Assembly (NCBI GenBank): GCA_012838945.1 | Contig: DUOG01000051.1 | Coordinates: 3,845 to 67,844, forward strand | Length of the DNA: 64,000 bases | Source: Acholeplasmataceae bacterium | GTDB lineage: Bacteria > Bacillota_I > Bacilli_A > ML615J-28 > CAG-313 | Direction of reading: 5' to 3' | Position numbers and translations under genes: made by a program | Notes under the pieces: model-generated | The model's database searches: none | What the model saw: the letters and a program-made list of their open reading frames with translations, nothing else | Told to the model about the DNA's origin: nothing | Shown: positions 28,857 through 42,223 of the stretch, piece by piece | Position numbering within the stretch: the first letter of the stretch is position 1 | Layout of the letters: every line of letters starts with the position of its first letter

Positions 28857-29834
28857 ATGGATCGTGAAATCGATTTAACCCAAATAAGTAAGTTTTCTCA
28901 AAAAGTTAAAAAGTCAGTAATTGTCGATAAAGAGATAATTGCTGATGAAGTGATGGTTGATAAGGTCCATCAATTTAGTGAGGAGAAATATGATCAAATC
29001 ACCCAAACCCTCAAAGTGAATCCTTTCATGCCTAAAGAAGGAACCACTGAATTTGAGGTCATTAGTATTGATGAATACTATTTTACTTATAAAAATGAAA
29101 CAATGAACCTTAGAGGGGTTATTACAAATAATAACTTAACTAAAGGGGAAAAGAAAAAAATAATCAAGTATGTCTTTAAAAATTGGATTAAAGATTATCG
29201 AAAACTCGAACGAGAATCAACCATTTCTATTAAAGAACAGTTGAGTTTGTTAGAGGATGTGAAATATAAAAGATTTTCAATTTTGTTAATCCTTTTATTT
29301 GTGATAATCTTTTTCATCAATACTTTGTTATTCTTTTCTAATAACTTACTTATTGATTCACCCATCTTCCTAAAAGCAAATATGAGAATTAATGAGACAC
29401 TAACTAATAATCCTGTCTTAGAAAAGTTAACTGCTGTTATGTTGGTCTTGAACTTTTTGATGATTGCTTTTGGGATTTATCACAATAAGGTGTTAAAAGA
29501 ATACCGTAAGCAATATTTGCTTTCCAAACAAAATGTTAATGAACTGTATACCAATATGAAAAGAGCTTTTTTGGGGAAAGCCCGAAAAGCACGCCGTTAT
29601 TACTTAAGAGCTTATAAGAAGAAAAACTATAAGCCTTATCCGATTAAAAAAATTGATTTAGAAGAATATAGTATTGATAATGTCTTAAAATATGCACAGG
29701 TAGCAACCATTCACACTGCTCATTTTAAGAAAATATCAAGTCGTTTTAAAGGGGTTCGCATGGCACTTCTATGGGGAGGAAGTGGCATGATAATAGCATA
29801 TTATATCTATCTGATGATTTCAATCTTTCTATAA
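28857..29834 (+). CDS. Membrane protein: a ~140-aa soluble N-terminal domain followed by three TM helices and a K/R-rich loop
   Basis: Hydropathy pattern and RBS GAGGTGAG. I recognised no family. Confidence 0.35.
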   Translation: MDREIDLTQISKFSQKVKKSVIVDKEIIADEVMVDKVHQFSEEKYDQITQTLKVNPFMPKEGTTEFEVISIDEYYFTYKNETMNLRGVITNNNLTKGEKKKIIKYVFKNWIKDYRKLERESTISIKEQLSLLEDVKYKRFSILLILLFVIIFFINTLLFFSNNLLIDSPIFLKANMRINETLTNNPVLEKLTAVMLVLNFLMIAFGIYHNKVLKEYRKQYLLSKQNVNELYTNMKRAFLGKARKARRYYLRAYKKKNYKPYPIKKIDLEEYSIDNVLKYAQVATIHTAHFKKISSRFKGVRMALLWGGSGMIIAYYIYLMISIFL

Positions 29835-29846
29835 GGAGGGGCCAAG

Positions 29847-31430
29847 ATGGAAAATTCAAACTTAAACCGTCAAAGGGAATTAGAAGAAGCGCTAGCCCGA
29901 AAGGAACAAGAACTAAAGAAACTAGAAACTCGGGTTAATGAATTAGAAAGTAAGTTGTTAAATAAGGGGGCAAATACTGACGACTTACTAAAGTATTATC
30001 TTAACAAATATGATAGTTACTATGATGAAATAATTCAACTATGCGAAGAAGAGCGGGCACAAAGCAAAAAGAAATTAGAAAAAGAAATTGAAGAATTACA
30101 AAAAGCAAAAAGCGAAGCAGAGAACTTACTTAAGAAAAACGAAGTTCATCAACAAAACATTGAAAAATTAACTAACCAAAATACAGAAGTTAAAAATAAG
30201 ATTACTGCTGCTATGGATCAGAAAAATCAAGCGGTTGATGAGTTTTTAAAAGATATTAATCAAATGAATTTTGAGACTGATCAGATGTATCTAAATGTGC
30301 TTTCTCAGTTTAATGATGCTATTAATAGTCGAATAAGTTTTGATGAATTATTTGAACATTTAGACCTTTACCAAACTTATTTAGAAACAAAAGGTTTTGA
30401 CAAGGCACAGGAAATCAAAAAGTGTCATGAGAAATTAAAGGAAAGTCAGACCGAAATTGATCAAGAAATTGAAAAGCTAGAGGACAAACTAGAAAGTCTA
30501 AAAGTTCAGATTGAACAAGAAAAAACCCAACTAATTGATACTAATATTTTTGATATCGAAGATCAGTTGTTTAATAAACAGTCAACCTATCAAGATTTTG
30601 ATAAGCAGAGTGATAAAATATGTAATAAGTTTGCTGGTCTTAAAAATAGACATCACAATAATTTTAAGGATGTTTTATATAAGTTAAAGTTATACAACTA
30701 CGCCCCAGCAGAAATAGGCCGTGAGTTTGAGAAACTACTTGACTTGTTTGTTCAAGAACTCAATATGGTTGATGGTGATGATTATGAATTGCGTCAGCGT
30801 GAGATAGCGTCATTGAAAGAACGGATTGATCAAATCGAAAAAGAAAAAGTGGAGCTTCCAGCGCTTGAAGAAGAACTCAAAGAACTTCAGAGCACCTATA
30901 GTAAAGCCCATGCTGAGATTACAGAAATGGAACGCTATATCGCCAAATGTAATCCGTTAATTGAACCATCATCAAGATATTATGAGTGGTATGTATCGTT
31001 AAAAGCGTTACAGGATAAGATGAATAGACTGGCTGAAGAAAAAGAAGAACAAACAAATTATATTAAAGAATTATATCGCGAACGAAAAAAACTTGTTTAT
31101 GATCCGTTTGCTAAGGATAGTTTAAAAAGCTTAGATGAAAAGATTTTATCTGAAGAGGCTAAACTACAGACAATTATGACCTCAATTGATGATACGATGA
31201 CTGTTTGGAAGACGATTGATAACAATCCTGAACAAGCTCGTTTTAAGAGTATCATTAATCAGAAAACAAAATTTGAGGATCGTTTGCCTGTCCTTTATCA
31301 AAGCCTCAATGAGTTAAAACAAGTTATTGATGAAAAATATAATAAAGTTACCGAAATTAAAGAAAGAGTGGTAACTTTAGATCGATTATATGAGGAGATA
31401 GGAAATTTAGAAAATGAAGATAATAATTGA
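29847..31430 (+). CDS. Long coiled-coil protein (527 aa)
   Basis: RBS GGAGGGG. Heptad-rich E/K/Q/L sequence throughout, with no TM helix and no NTPase motif. Confidence 0.45.
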   Translation: MENSNLNRQRELEEALARKEQELKKLETRVNELESKLLNKGANTDDLLKYYLNKYDSYYDEIIQLCEEERAQSKKKLEKEIEELQKAKSEAENLLKKNEVHQQNIEKLTNQNTEVKNKITAAMDQKNQAVDEFLKDINQMNFETDQMYLNVLSQFNDAINSRISFDELFEHLDLYQTYLETKGFDKAQEIKKCHEKLKESQTEIDQEIEKLEDKLESLKVQIEQEKTQLIDTNIFDIEDQLFNKQSTYQDFDKQSDKICNKFAGLKNRHHNNFKDVLYKLKLYNYAPAEIGREFEKLLDLFVQELNMVDGDDYELRQREIASLKERIDQIEKEKVELPALEEELKELQSTYSKAHAEITEMERYIAKCNPLIEPSSRYYEWYVSLKALQDKMNRLAEEKEEQTNYIKELYRERKKLVYDPFAKDSLKSLDEKILSEEAKLQTIMTSIDDTMTVWKTIDNNPEQARFKSIINQKTKFEDRLPVLYQSLNELKQVIDEKYNKVTEIKERVVTLDRLYEEIGNLENEDNN

Positions 31431-32076
31431 CCAACAAATTAAAGCGTTAGTTCCCGAATTTAATATTATAGCTCATGAAATGGATGTCGTGGTTACCAAG
31501 ACTGAAGCAGTTCAAGAACTGATTAAGGAAACCGAAAAAGAGTTACAAGTAAAATATACGATTGAAGATGTCATCCATATCCCTACTATCAAAGAAGGTC
31601 GGGATGGCTATAAAAAGTTTGGGAAAGACCCAAGTCGATATCGGTTGGCAGTTGAGTCACTGTATCGACGGATTGTGAAAAACTATAATTTGTACTCAAT
31701 TAATGACGTCGTTGATATTGGTAATATCTTATCGATTCGAACAATGAGAAGTACTGCCATCCTTGATTATAATCAAATCATGGGTGACGTCTTAGTGCGA
31801 CTGGGCACTGCCGATGATGACTATGAAGGAATCAACCGGGGAAAAATTAATGTGGAAAACATTCCTGTTTATGTTGATGATCTAGGTCCTTTTGGTAGTA
31901 CCACCAGTGACACCATCAGAACTAGTATTACTGATGAGACAACTAAAATCTTAGTGTTAATAATTTGCTTTAGTAATGAAAATATCGAATCAAATATTAA
32001 TGAAATGACTGAATTATACACAAAATATTGTAATGCACAAAATATTAGACGGATAGAAGTCAAAAGCGAGGAATAG
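31414..32076 (+). CDS. B3/4 (tRNA-binding-like) domain protein
   Basis: DPSRYRLAVESLYRRIVKNYNLYSINDVVDIGNILSI matches my recollection of the stand-alone B3/B4 family core. Confidence 0.55.
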   Translation: MKIIIDQQIKALVPEFNIIAHEMDVVVTKTEAVQELIKETEKELQVKYTIEDVIHIPTIKEGRDGYKKFGKDPSRYRLAVESLYRRIVKNYNLYSINDVVDIGNILSIRTMRSTAILDYNQIMGDVLVRLGTADDDYEGINRGKINVENIPVYVDDLGPFGSTTSDTIRTSITDETTKILVLIICFSNENIESNINEMTELYTKYCNAQNIRRIEVKSEE

Positions 32077-32079
32077 AAA

Positions 32080-33720
32080 ATGATTGAAACTTCAAACTTT
32101 ATTAAGACAATTGTAAAAAATGATCTTGAGTCAGGAAAGGTAGAAAAAGTAATTACTCGTTTTCCACCTGAGCCCAATGCTTACCTCCATATTGGACATG
32201 CTAGGGCGATAATCAATAATTTTGAAATAGCTAAAGAGTTTAATGGTTATACCAACTTAAGATATGATGATACCAATCCAGCTCAAGAAGATGTGGAATT
32301 TGTCGAAGCAATTGAGCGAGATATTAGATGGCTAGGTTATGAACCAAAGAATATCTTTCATGGTTCTGACTATTTTGAAAAGACATATGAAAAGGCTGTA
32401 TTACTAATTAAAAAAGGATTGGCTTACGTTGATGATTTAAGTCAAGAAGAAATTAGTAAATACCGCGGAACTTTAACAGAACCGGGCAAGAACTCACCTT
32501 ACCGTGATCGTAGTGTTGAAGAAAATTTAAGGCTTTTTGAAGCAATGCGAAATGGTGAATTCAAAGAAGGGGAAAAAGTTCTTCGTGCTAAAATTGATAT
32601 GGCCAGCCCAAATATGAATATGCGCGATCCAGTCTTATATCGTATTATGTACATCAGTCACCACCAAACAAAAGACAAGTGGTGTATATATCCGATGTAT
32701 GACTTAGCTCATCCATTACAAGATGCCTTCGAAGGAATTACTCATTCTCTTTGTAGTTTGGAATATGAAGATCACCGCCCACTTTATGATTGGGTAGTCG
32801 AACATTGTGAGACTGAACATAAGCCACAACAAATCGAATTTGGTCGCTTAAGTATTACTAATACGATTATGAGTAAACGCTACTTAAGAAAATTAGTTAC
32901 TGAAAATCATGTTAAAGGTTATGATGATCCACGCATGCCAACTTTAGTTGGACTTAGACGTCGTGGCTTTACTCCTGAATCCATCAAAGCATTTATTTTA
33001 TCAACAGGTTTATCAAAAACTAATTCAGTGGTAGATTATGCGATGCTTGAGCATTTCTTAAGAGAAGACCTTAAACTAAAGGCAGAACGCCGTATGGCGG
33101 TACTTGATCCACTAAAAGTAGTAATTACAAATTATCCAGAAGGACAAATTGAATATTTAGACGCTGAAAACAATTCGGAAAATAGAGAATTGGGTACACG
33201 TAAAATTGCTTTCTCAAGAAATATTTATATCGAACGAGAAGACTTCTTACCAGAAAAACCAAATAAACATTGGAAACGTCTTTCTAAAGATATTGAAGTT
33301 CGTTTATACAATGCTTACTTTATTAAATGTACCGAAGTCTTTTATGATGAAAATGGAGAAATTACTCACATTCATGCTACTTATGATCCGGAAACTAAGA
33401 GTGGTAGTGGCTTCAATGCCAGAAAGCCTAATGGAACTATTCACTTTGTTGAATGTTCAACCGCAGTTCCGGCGACATTCAACTTATTTGAACCATTAAT
33501 TTTAGGTGATGACATTACTCCAGAAAACTTCATCGAAAACCTTAATCCAAACTCATGGAGTGTTCAAAAAGGTTTTGTGGAAGCAAGCTTAGCTAAGGTT
33601 AAACCAGAAGAAAGATTCCAATTTTTACGAAATGGTTATTATATTTGTGATAATGATTCAACTGAAAATAATTTAATTTTTAATCGGACTGTTGGTTTAA
33701 AGTCTTCCTTTAAGGTGTAG
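32080..33720 (+). CDS. glnS: Glutaminyl-tRNA synthetase
   Basis: [18 protein letters not shown] (HIGH) and VMSKR-like IMSKR. Both the length (546 aa) and the C-terminal beta-barrel anticodon-binding domains are those of GlnRS rather than GluRS. Confidence 0.8.
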   Translation: MIETSNFIKTIVKNDLESGKVEKVITRFPPEPNAYLHIGHARAIINNFEIAKEFNGYTNLRYDDTNPAQEDVEFVEAIERDIRWLGYEPKNIFHGSDYFEKTYEKAVLLIKKGLAYVDDLSQEEISKYRGTLTEPGKNSPYRDRSVEENLRLFEAMRNGEFKEGEKVLRAKIDMASPNMNMRDPVLYRIMYISHHQTKDKWCIYPMYDLAHPLQDAFEGITHSLCSLEYEDHRPLYDWVVEHCETEHKPQQIEFGRLSITNTIMSKRYLRKLVTENHVKGYDDPRMPTLVGLRRRGFTPESIKAFILSTGLSKTNSVVDYAMLEHFLREDLKLKAERRMAVLDPLKVVITNYPEGQIEYLDAENNSENRELGTRKIAFSRNIYIEREDFLPEKPNKHWKRLSKDIEVRLYNAYFIKCTEVFYDENGEITHIHATYDPETKSGSGFNARKPNGTIHFVECSTAVPATFNLFEPLILGDDITPENFIENLNPNSWSVQKGFVEASLAKVKPEERFQFLRNGYYICDNDSTENNLIFNRTVGLKSSFKV

Positions 33721-33727
33721 GTGCAAG

Positions 33728-35833
33728 ATGGTTAACGAAAATATCTTAGCCGGCCTTAATCCGCAACAAATTGAAGCGGTTACTCATAAAGATGGACCGA
33801 TTATGGTGTTTGCGGGGGCGGGTACCGGCAAAACTAAAACCTTAACTTCTCGAGTTGCTTATTTGATTAAAAATGAAGGTATTAATCCTTGGAACATCTT
33901 AGCGATAACCTTCACTAAGAAAGCAACCAAAGAGATGAAAGACCGATTAGAAAAAATGCTAGGGTTTTCATCTAACCTAAATATCGATACAATTCATGCG
34001 ATGTGTGCCAAGATTTTACGGAGGCATATTGATCGTTTAGGATATAGTCGATCCTTCATTATCATTGATGAAGATGAATCATTAAAAATTATTAATCAAA
34101 TCTATAAAGATAAAAATATTGATCGAAAAAGATTAACTCCAAAAACTTCTCTAAATATGATAGGGGCTTTTAAAAACAATCAAAGTGAGTTAATTGGTCA
34201 AGTAAAAGATATTTATGATTGGTATCAAGAAGAATTACAATTTCAAAATTTAGTTGATTTTGATGATTTACTTATCTTAACGGAAAAACTCTTTGTTGAG
34301 CATCCAGATGTGCTAAAGTATTATCAAGATCGTTTCCACTATATCTTAGTTGATGAATTTCAAGATACCAATGTAGTTCAATACAATATTATTAAAATGC
34401 TAGCAAGTGACTCACGTAACTTATTTGTGGTGGGCGATGATGACCAAAGTATTTATCGTTTTCGGGGTGCTACGGTTGAAAATATGTTTCAATTTGAAAA
34501 AGACTTTCCGGAAAGAAAAAAGGTCGTGTTAGAACAAAACTATCGCTCATCTAATACGATTCTAAAAGGCGCCAATCGATTAATCAATAATAACCAAAAG
34601 CGTCAAACTAAAGAATTGTATAGTAGCATTGAAGGTCAAGTAAGTGATGTTGTTTATGTTGATAACTATAATCAAGATGAAGAAGCACGGTATGTTGCTG
34701 GAGAAATTAAGCGATTAGTTAAATCAGGTTATCAATATGAAGATATTGCTGTCCTATATCGAACCAACGTTATAAGTCGCATCTTTGAGCTTTGTTTCAT
34801 TGAAGAACGTATTCCTTATCATCTTTATGGAGGGTTCTCCTACTTAAAGCGCAAAGAAATCAAAGATATCATTAGTTATTTTGGTTTTATTATTGATCCA
34901 ACTAGTGTCTATCACTTCAGTCGAATCATTAATCAACCAAGTCGTGGTATTGGTGAAAAGACAGTAAATAAAATAGTTGAACATGCCAAGAAAAACTTTA
35001 TAAATATTTTTGATGCGATTGTTGATTTACAAGATACTTTCCCTCAAGGGAAAAAAGAAGAACTCTTTAATTTCAAAAGTATGATTGAAGACTTCCAAGT
35101 TAAAATTGAAGAAATGACTCTTCCTGAGTTCTTTGATTATATGCTTGAAACCAGTGGTTATTTAGCAGTCTTAATCAGTGAAGATCAAGCTGAAGTAAAC
35201 CGAGTAGAAAATGTTAAGGAGTTTAAATCAATCTTAGTCCAAATTGATGAAGAATATGATGGGTATAGTCAGACTGAAAAAATAAAGTTTGGCTTTGATG
35301 AGTTAATCTTAAGTGATACCAATCAGGTTGACGAAGATAAGAAAAATCAAAAAGGGGTTGTCTTATCAACCGTCCATTCCGTCAAAGGACTAGAATTTAA
35401 AGTTGTTTTTGTGGTAGCCTTAGAAGAAGGAATTTTCCCTAATCATCTATCGTCTACTGAACCAGAAGAATTAGAAGAAGAACGTCGGGTTGCTTATGTT
35501 GCTTTTACCCGTGCTAAAGAAAAAATATACTTATCTTGTGCTTATAGACGTTTAATCTATGGGCGCTATCTAAACAATAAAAAATCACGCTTCTTCTTAG
35601 AATATATCGGCACCATTGATGAAACACCAAAGGTGACTGAAAGACCGGATGAAAAAGAAGAAACTGAGGCAACTGATAATCAACAATTAAAAATTGGTGA
35701 TCAAGTTGTTCATAAAAACTTTGGTGATGGGATAGTTATTGCTACTGATCCAATGTTTGTTCAAGTTATCTTTTTAAGTGATAAAAAATCAAGAAAATTA
35801 CTTGCTGGTCATCCAGCCTTAAGAAAAAAGTAA
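33728..35833 (+). CDS. pcrA: ATP-dependent DNA helicase PcrA/UvrD
   Basis: AGAGTGKTKTLT Walker A and the UvrD motifs (DEFQDTN, VGDDDQSIY, QNYRS, VHSVKGLEF, VAFTRA). Confidence 0.9.
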   Translation: MVNENILAGLNPQQIEAVTHKDGPIMVFAGAGTGKTKTLTSRVAYLIKNEGINPWNILAITFTKKATKEMKDRLEKMLGFSSNLNIDTIHAMCAKILRRHIDRLGYSRSFIIIDEDESLKIINQIYKDKNIDRKRLTPKTSLNMIGAFKNNQSELIGQVKDIYDWYQEELQFQNLVDFDDLLILTEKLFVEHPDVLKYYQDRFHYILVDEFQDTNVVQYNIIKMLASDSRNLFVVGDDDQSIYRFRGATVENMFQFEKDFPERKKVVLEQNYRSSNTILKGANRLINNNQKRQTKELYSSIEGQVSDVVYVDNYNQDEEARYVAGEIKRLVKSGYQYEDIAVLYRTNVISRIFELCFIEERIPYHLYGGFSYLKRKEIKDIISYFGFIIDPTSVYHFSRIINQPSRGIGEKTVNKIVEHAKKNFINIFDAIVDLQDTFPQGKKEELFNFKSMIEDFQVKIEEMTLPEFFDYMLETSGYLAVLISEDQAEVNRVENVKEFKSILVQIDEEYDGYSQTEKIKFGFDELILSDTNQVDEDKKNQKGVVLSTVHSVKGLEFKVVFVVALEEGIFPNHLSSTEPEELEEERRVAYVAFTRAKEKIYLSCAYRRLIYGRYLNNKKSRFFLEYIGTIDETPKVTERPDEKEETEATDNQQLKIGDQVVHKNFGDGIVIATDPMFVQVIFLSDKKSRKLLAGHPALRKK

Positions 35834-35862
35834 TAGGGGATGATATTATTAGAGGCGCATTA

Positions 35863-38611
<2,749 letters not shown>

Positions 38612-38625
38612 TATTCATAATAAAG

Positions 38626-38657
38626 AATCCGATTGTTCACTTAATCGGATTTTTTTA
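38626..38657 (+). terminator. Intrinsic terminator after ligA
   Basis: AATCCGATT-gttcactt-AATCGGATT followed by T7. Confidence 0.6.
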
Positions 38658-38737
38658 TTTGGGAAATATATAATTTTGATGTTTTATTAAAGATAGGATG
38701 GGGATTATATGGTATAATAAATAAATGAGGTGATTTT

Positions 38738-41554
38738 ATGGCTGATGATAAAATTATTATAAAAGGGGCTCGAGAGAATAATTTAAAGAATATTGATCTT
38801 GAACTACCTAGAGGAAAATTCATCGTTATGACGGGCCTATCGGGCTCAGGCAAAACATCATTAGCTTTTGATACCATTTATGCTGAAGGGCAAAGACGCT
38901 ATGTGGAAAGCTTATCGGCCTATGCTCGGATGTTTTTAGATAATGTTGATAAACCTGATGTTGATTTAATAGAAGGTTTGTCACCAGCAATTTCTATTGA
39001 TCAAAAGACTACCAATCGAAATCCTCGATCAACAGTGGGAACTGTTACTGAAATATATGATTATTTAAGATTGTTATATGCTCGAATTGGACATCCAGTT
39101 TGTCCGACTCATGGTGTTGAAATATCAAGTCAAACTATTGAACAAATGGTAGACCGGATTTTTAACTATCCGCTTGAATCAAAAGTGGTTATATTAGCAC
39201 CGGTTGCTGAGAACAGAAAAGGAACTTTTGAGAAGACTTTTGAAATATTAAGAAAAGATGGTTATTCAAAAGTTATGGTTGATGGCGAGATGCTTGATTT
39301 GAGTGAAGAGATCAAATTACAAAAAAATCTTAAGCATAATATTCTAGTTGTCATTGACCGTTTCCGTTTACGTGAAGATATTCGTTCTAGGCTTTACGAA
39401 TCAATTGAAACCGGATTACAATTATCTGATGGTAAAATATATGTAGAAATTGAGGATGAAAGGCTTCTCTTTAGTGAAAAGTTTAGTTGTCCTCATTGCG
39501 ATTTTACTGTCAGTAAGTTAGAACCTGCGATGTTTTCTTTTAACTCCCCTCTGGGAGCTTGTCCAGAGTGTAAAGGTTTAGGGTTCTTAAGTGCTGTCAG
39601 TGAAGACTTACTAGTTCCTGATGATAATTTATGTATCGCTGAGGGGGCTATTCGTTATTTAAAAAATATTATCTTTACCGATAATATTGAATGGCAAATG
39701 TATCGAACATTGTTTGAGTATTATAATATTGATTTATATACGCCTTATAAACTTTTATCTGATGAAGAAAAGAAGATAATAATGTATGGTTCATTAGAGC
39801 CAATTGATTATCAGATTACATCGTCTGGTGGCGTAACTTTCAAAAGAAATAAACCAATTGAAGGAGTAGCTTCCTTAATTCAAAGACGTTATTATGAGAC
39901 TAATTCTTCAATGTCAAAAGATTATTATAGTTCCTTCATGAAAGACGTTACTTGTTCAGTTTGTGAAGGAAAGCGATTATCTAGAGAAAGTTTAAGTGTT
40001 CAAATAAATGGTAAAAATATTATTGATTTTACCGAAATGTCAATTACCCAAGCATCAGACTTTATTAACAATTTAACGTTATCACCATTAGAAGCACAAA
40101 TAAGTAGATTAATTGTTAAAGAAATAAAAGAACGATTACAATTCTTAAAGAATGTCGGATTGGATTATTTAACCCTCTCCCGCTCTGCAGCAACCCTTTC
40201 GGGTGGTGAGGCTCAAAGGATACGATTAGCTACCCAAATTGGTTCGAGTTTGACTGGGGTACTCTATGTCCTTGATGAACCATCAATTGGCCTTCATCAA
40301 TCAGATAACAGTAAACTTATCAAAACCTTAAAACAAATGAGAGACCTAGGTAATACCGTTATTGTTGTTGAGCATGATGAAGAGACGATGATGGAAAGTG
40401 ATTATTTAGTTGATATTGGACCAGGTGCTGGTGTCCATGGTGGTTATGTGGTAGCCGCTGGGACTCCAAGTGAAGTAATGCAAGCCGAAAACTCTATCAC
40501 TGGTGATTATCTTTCTGGACGAAAGAAAATCGAAGTGCCAAAGGTACGCCGTGAGGGTAATGGCTTATCACTAAAATTGGTTAATTGTCGGGCCAATAAT
40601 TTAAAAAATATTGATGTAGAAATTCCATTACAAAAGCTAACGGTTGTTACTGGGGTAAGTGGTAGTGGTAAATCAACCTTAGTTAATGATATCTTATATA
40701 ATGGTTTAGCTAAAAGACTTTATAAATCCAAAGGTGAGGTTGGGGCTCATGATGAGATTATTGGTAGGGAGTTTATCGAACACCTAGTGAATGTTGACCA
40801 AGCACCAATTGGTAGGACTCCACGTTCCAATCCAGCCACTTATACCGGAGTGTTTGATCATATCAGAGATTTGTTTGCTGAGACGATTGAGGCTAAAAAA
40901 CGAGGCTATACTAAAGGTCGTTTCTCCTTCAATGTTAAAGGTGGAAGATGTGAGTCATGTCGCGGTGATGGTATTATCCGCATAGCAATGCACTTTTTAC
41001 CAGATGTATATGTGCCTTGTGATGCATGTAAAGGTAAACGATATAATCGTGAGACCTTGGAAGTTAAATATCGAGGGTTAACAATATCTGATGTTTTAAA
41101 TCTAACAGTTGAAGAAGCTTGTGAATTCTTCGAAAATATTCCGAGTATTTATAACAAACTAAAAACTTTGAATGATGTTGGTTTAAGTTATATTAAACTT
41201 GGTCAAAGTTCCACAACTCTATCTGGTGGTGAAGCTCAAAGGGTGAAACTAGCCAGTGAACTTCATAAACGGGTAACCGAAGCGTCCCTCTTCATCTTTG
41301 ATGAACCAACGACTGGACTTCATACCGAAGACATCAAGAAACTTCTGGCTGTGATCAATCGCATTGTCGATATGGGGGCAACTGTAGTAATTATTGAGCA
41401 TAATTTAGATGTTATTAAATCAGCTGACCACATTATTGACCTTGGACCACGTGGTGGTGACTTTGGCGGTGAGGTTATTTGTGTCGGCACACCAGAAGAA
41501 GTAAGCCAATGTGAAGCATCATTGACGGGACAATATTTAAAAAAAGTTTTATAA
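38738..41554 (+). CDS. uvrA: Excinuclease ABC subunit A
   Basis: Two ABC modules (GLSGSGKTSL; GVSGSGKSTL), LSGGEAQR signatures and Zn-finger cysteines. Confidence 0.95.
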   Translation: MADDKIIIKGARENNLKNIDLELPRGKFIVMTGLSGSGKTSLAFDTIYAEGQRRYVESLSAYARMFLDNVDKPDVDLIEGLSPAISIDQKTTNRNPRSTVGTVTEIYDYLRLLYARIGHPVCPTHGVEISSQTIEQMVDRIFNYPLESKVVILAPVAENRKGTFEKTFEILRKDGYSKVMVDGEMLDLSEEIKLQKNLKHNILVVIDRFRLREDIRSRLYESIETGLQLSDGKIYVEIEDERLLFSEKFSCPHCDFTVSKLEPAMFSFNSPLGACPECKGLGFLSAVSEDLLVPDDNLCIAEGAIRYLKNIIFTDNIEWQMYRTLFEYYNIDLYTPYKLLSDEEKKIIMYGSLEPIDYQITSSGGVTFKRNKPIEGVASLIQRRYYETNSSMSKDYYSSFMKDVTCSVCEGKRLSRESLSVQINGKNIIDFTEMSITQASDFINNLTLSPLEAQISRLIVKEIKERLQFLKNVGLDYLTLSRSAATLSGGEAQRIRLATQIGSSLTGVLYVLDEPSIGLHQSDNSKLIKTLKQMRDLGNTVIVVEHDEETMMESDYLVDIGPGAGVHGGYVVAAGTPSEVMQAENSITGDYLSGRKKIEVPKVRREGNGLSLKLVNCRANNLKNIDVEIPLQKLTVVTGVSGSGKSTLVNDILYNGLAKRLYKSKGEVGAHDEIIGREFIEHLVNVDQAPIGRTPRSNPATYTGVFDHIRDLFAETIEAKKRGYTKGRFSFNVKGGRCESCRGDGIIRIAMHFLPDVYVPCDACKGKRYNRETLEVKYRGLTISDVLNLTVEEACEFFENIPSIYNKLKTLNDVGLSYIKLGQSSTTLSGGEAQRVKLASELHKRVTEASLFIFDEPTTGLHTEDIKKLLAVINRIVDMGATVVIIEHNLDVIKSADHIIDLGPRGGDFGGEVICVGTPEEVSQCEASLTGQYLKKVL

Positions 41555-41656
41555 ATAAATTATTAATTTAATAGTATTTTACATAAGATAATATTAATAG
41601 CCTAATCAAAAATTTGGCTTTTATAATTAACGATATGATATAATAGGGTTATAAAT

Positions 41657-42223
41657 ATGAAAAAAATACTATTAAAAAGTTTGGGTTATGGATTTTTATA
41701 TTTGGTAGTCTTACTACTTTTATTACAAATACAGGGTAACTTTGTTATCCTTACCCCTTTTACTAGTGTTATCTTTAGTGCGATAATTGTAATTAATATC
41801 TATGCATTCATTAATTATTCGATAAGTAAAAGTACCGATAATTTAATACTATTGTTATTTGCTTATTTATCATTAGTGCTTGGGGTGCTGTTTTTAAGAA
41901 ATCCTGCCCTAGAATTTCAATATACATTAAAGTGGTATTTGCCGAAGTGGTTTAAGTATCTTTTTACCAATCGAATAGTCTTTCTTAATGTAATTGGTAA
42001 CATTTTGTTATTTGTACCACTTGGACTAATCGTTAGATTACTGTATAAGACTTTATGGCGATACCTCTTATGTTTAATCGCAATCTTTCTTTTTGAAGGT
42101 ATTCAATTTATAACGAAATTGGGGGTATTCGATTTAACCGATGTCATTTTAAATTATCTTGGCATTTTAATCGGATTTGCCCTTTATCATATTAGAAAGG
42201 GGGTTTCTTATGAAAAAGTATAG
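41657..42223 (+). CDS. VanZ-like membrane protein
   Basis: NILLFVPLGL motif; 4-5 TM helices. Confidence 0.5.
   Translation: MKKILLKSLGYGFLYLVVLLLLLQIQGNFVILTPFTSVIFSAIIVINIYAFINYSISKSTDNLILLLFAYLSLVLGVLFLRNPALEFQYTLKWYLPKWFKYLFTNRIVFLNVIGNILLFVPLGLIVRLLYKTLWRYLLCLIAIFLFEGIQFITKLGVFDLTDVILNYLGILIGFALYHIRKGVSYEKV

Noticed and set aside
33206-33499. A 97-aa + strand ORF inside glnS (alternative frame), and 40791-40985 inside uvrA
   Set aside because: These are alternative-frame ORFs within strongly conserved genes, so they are not independent genes.
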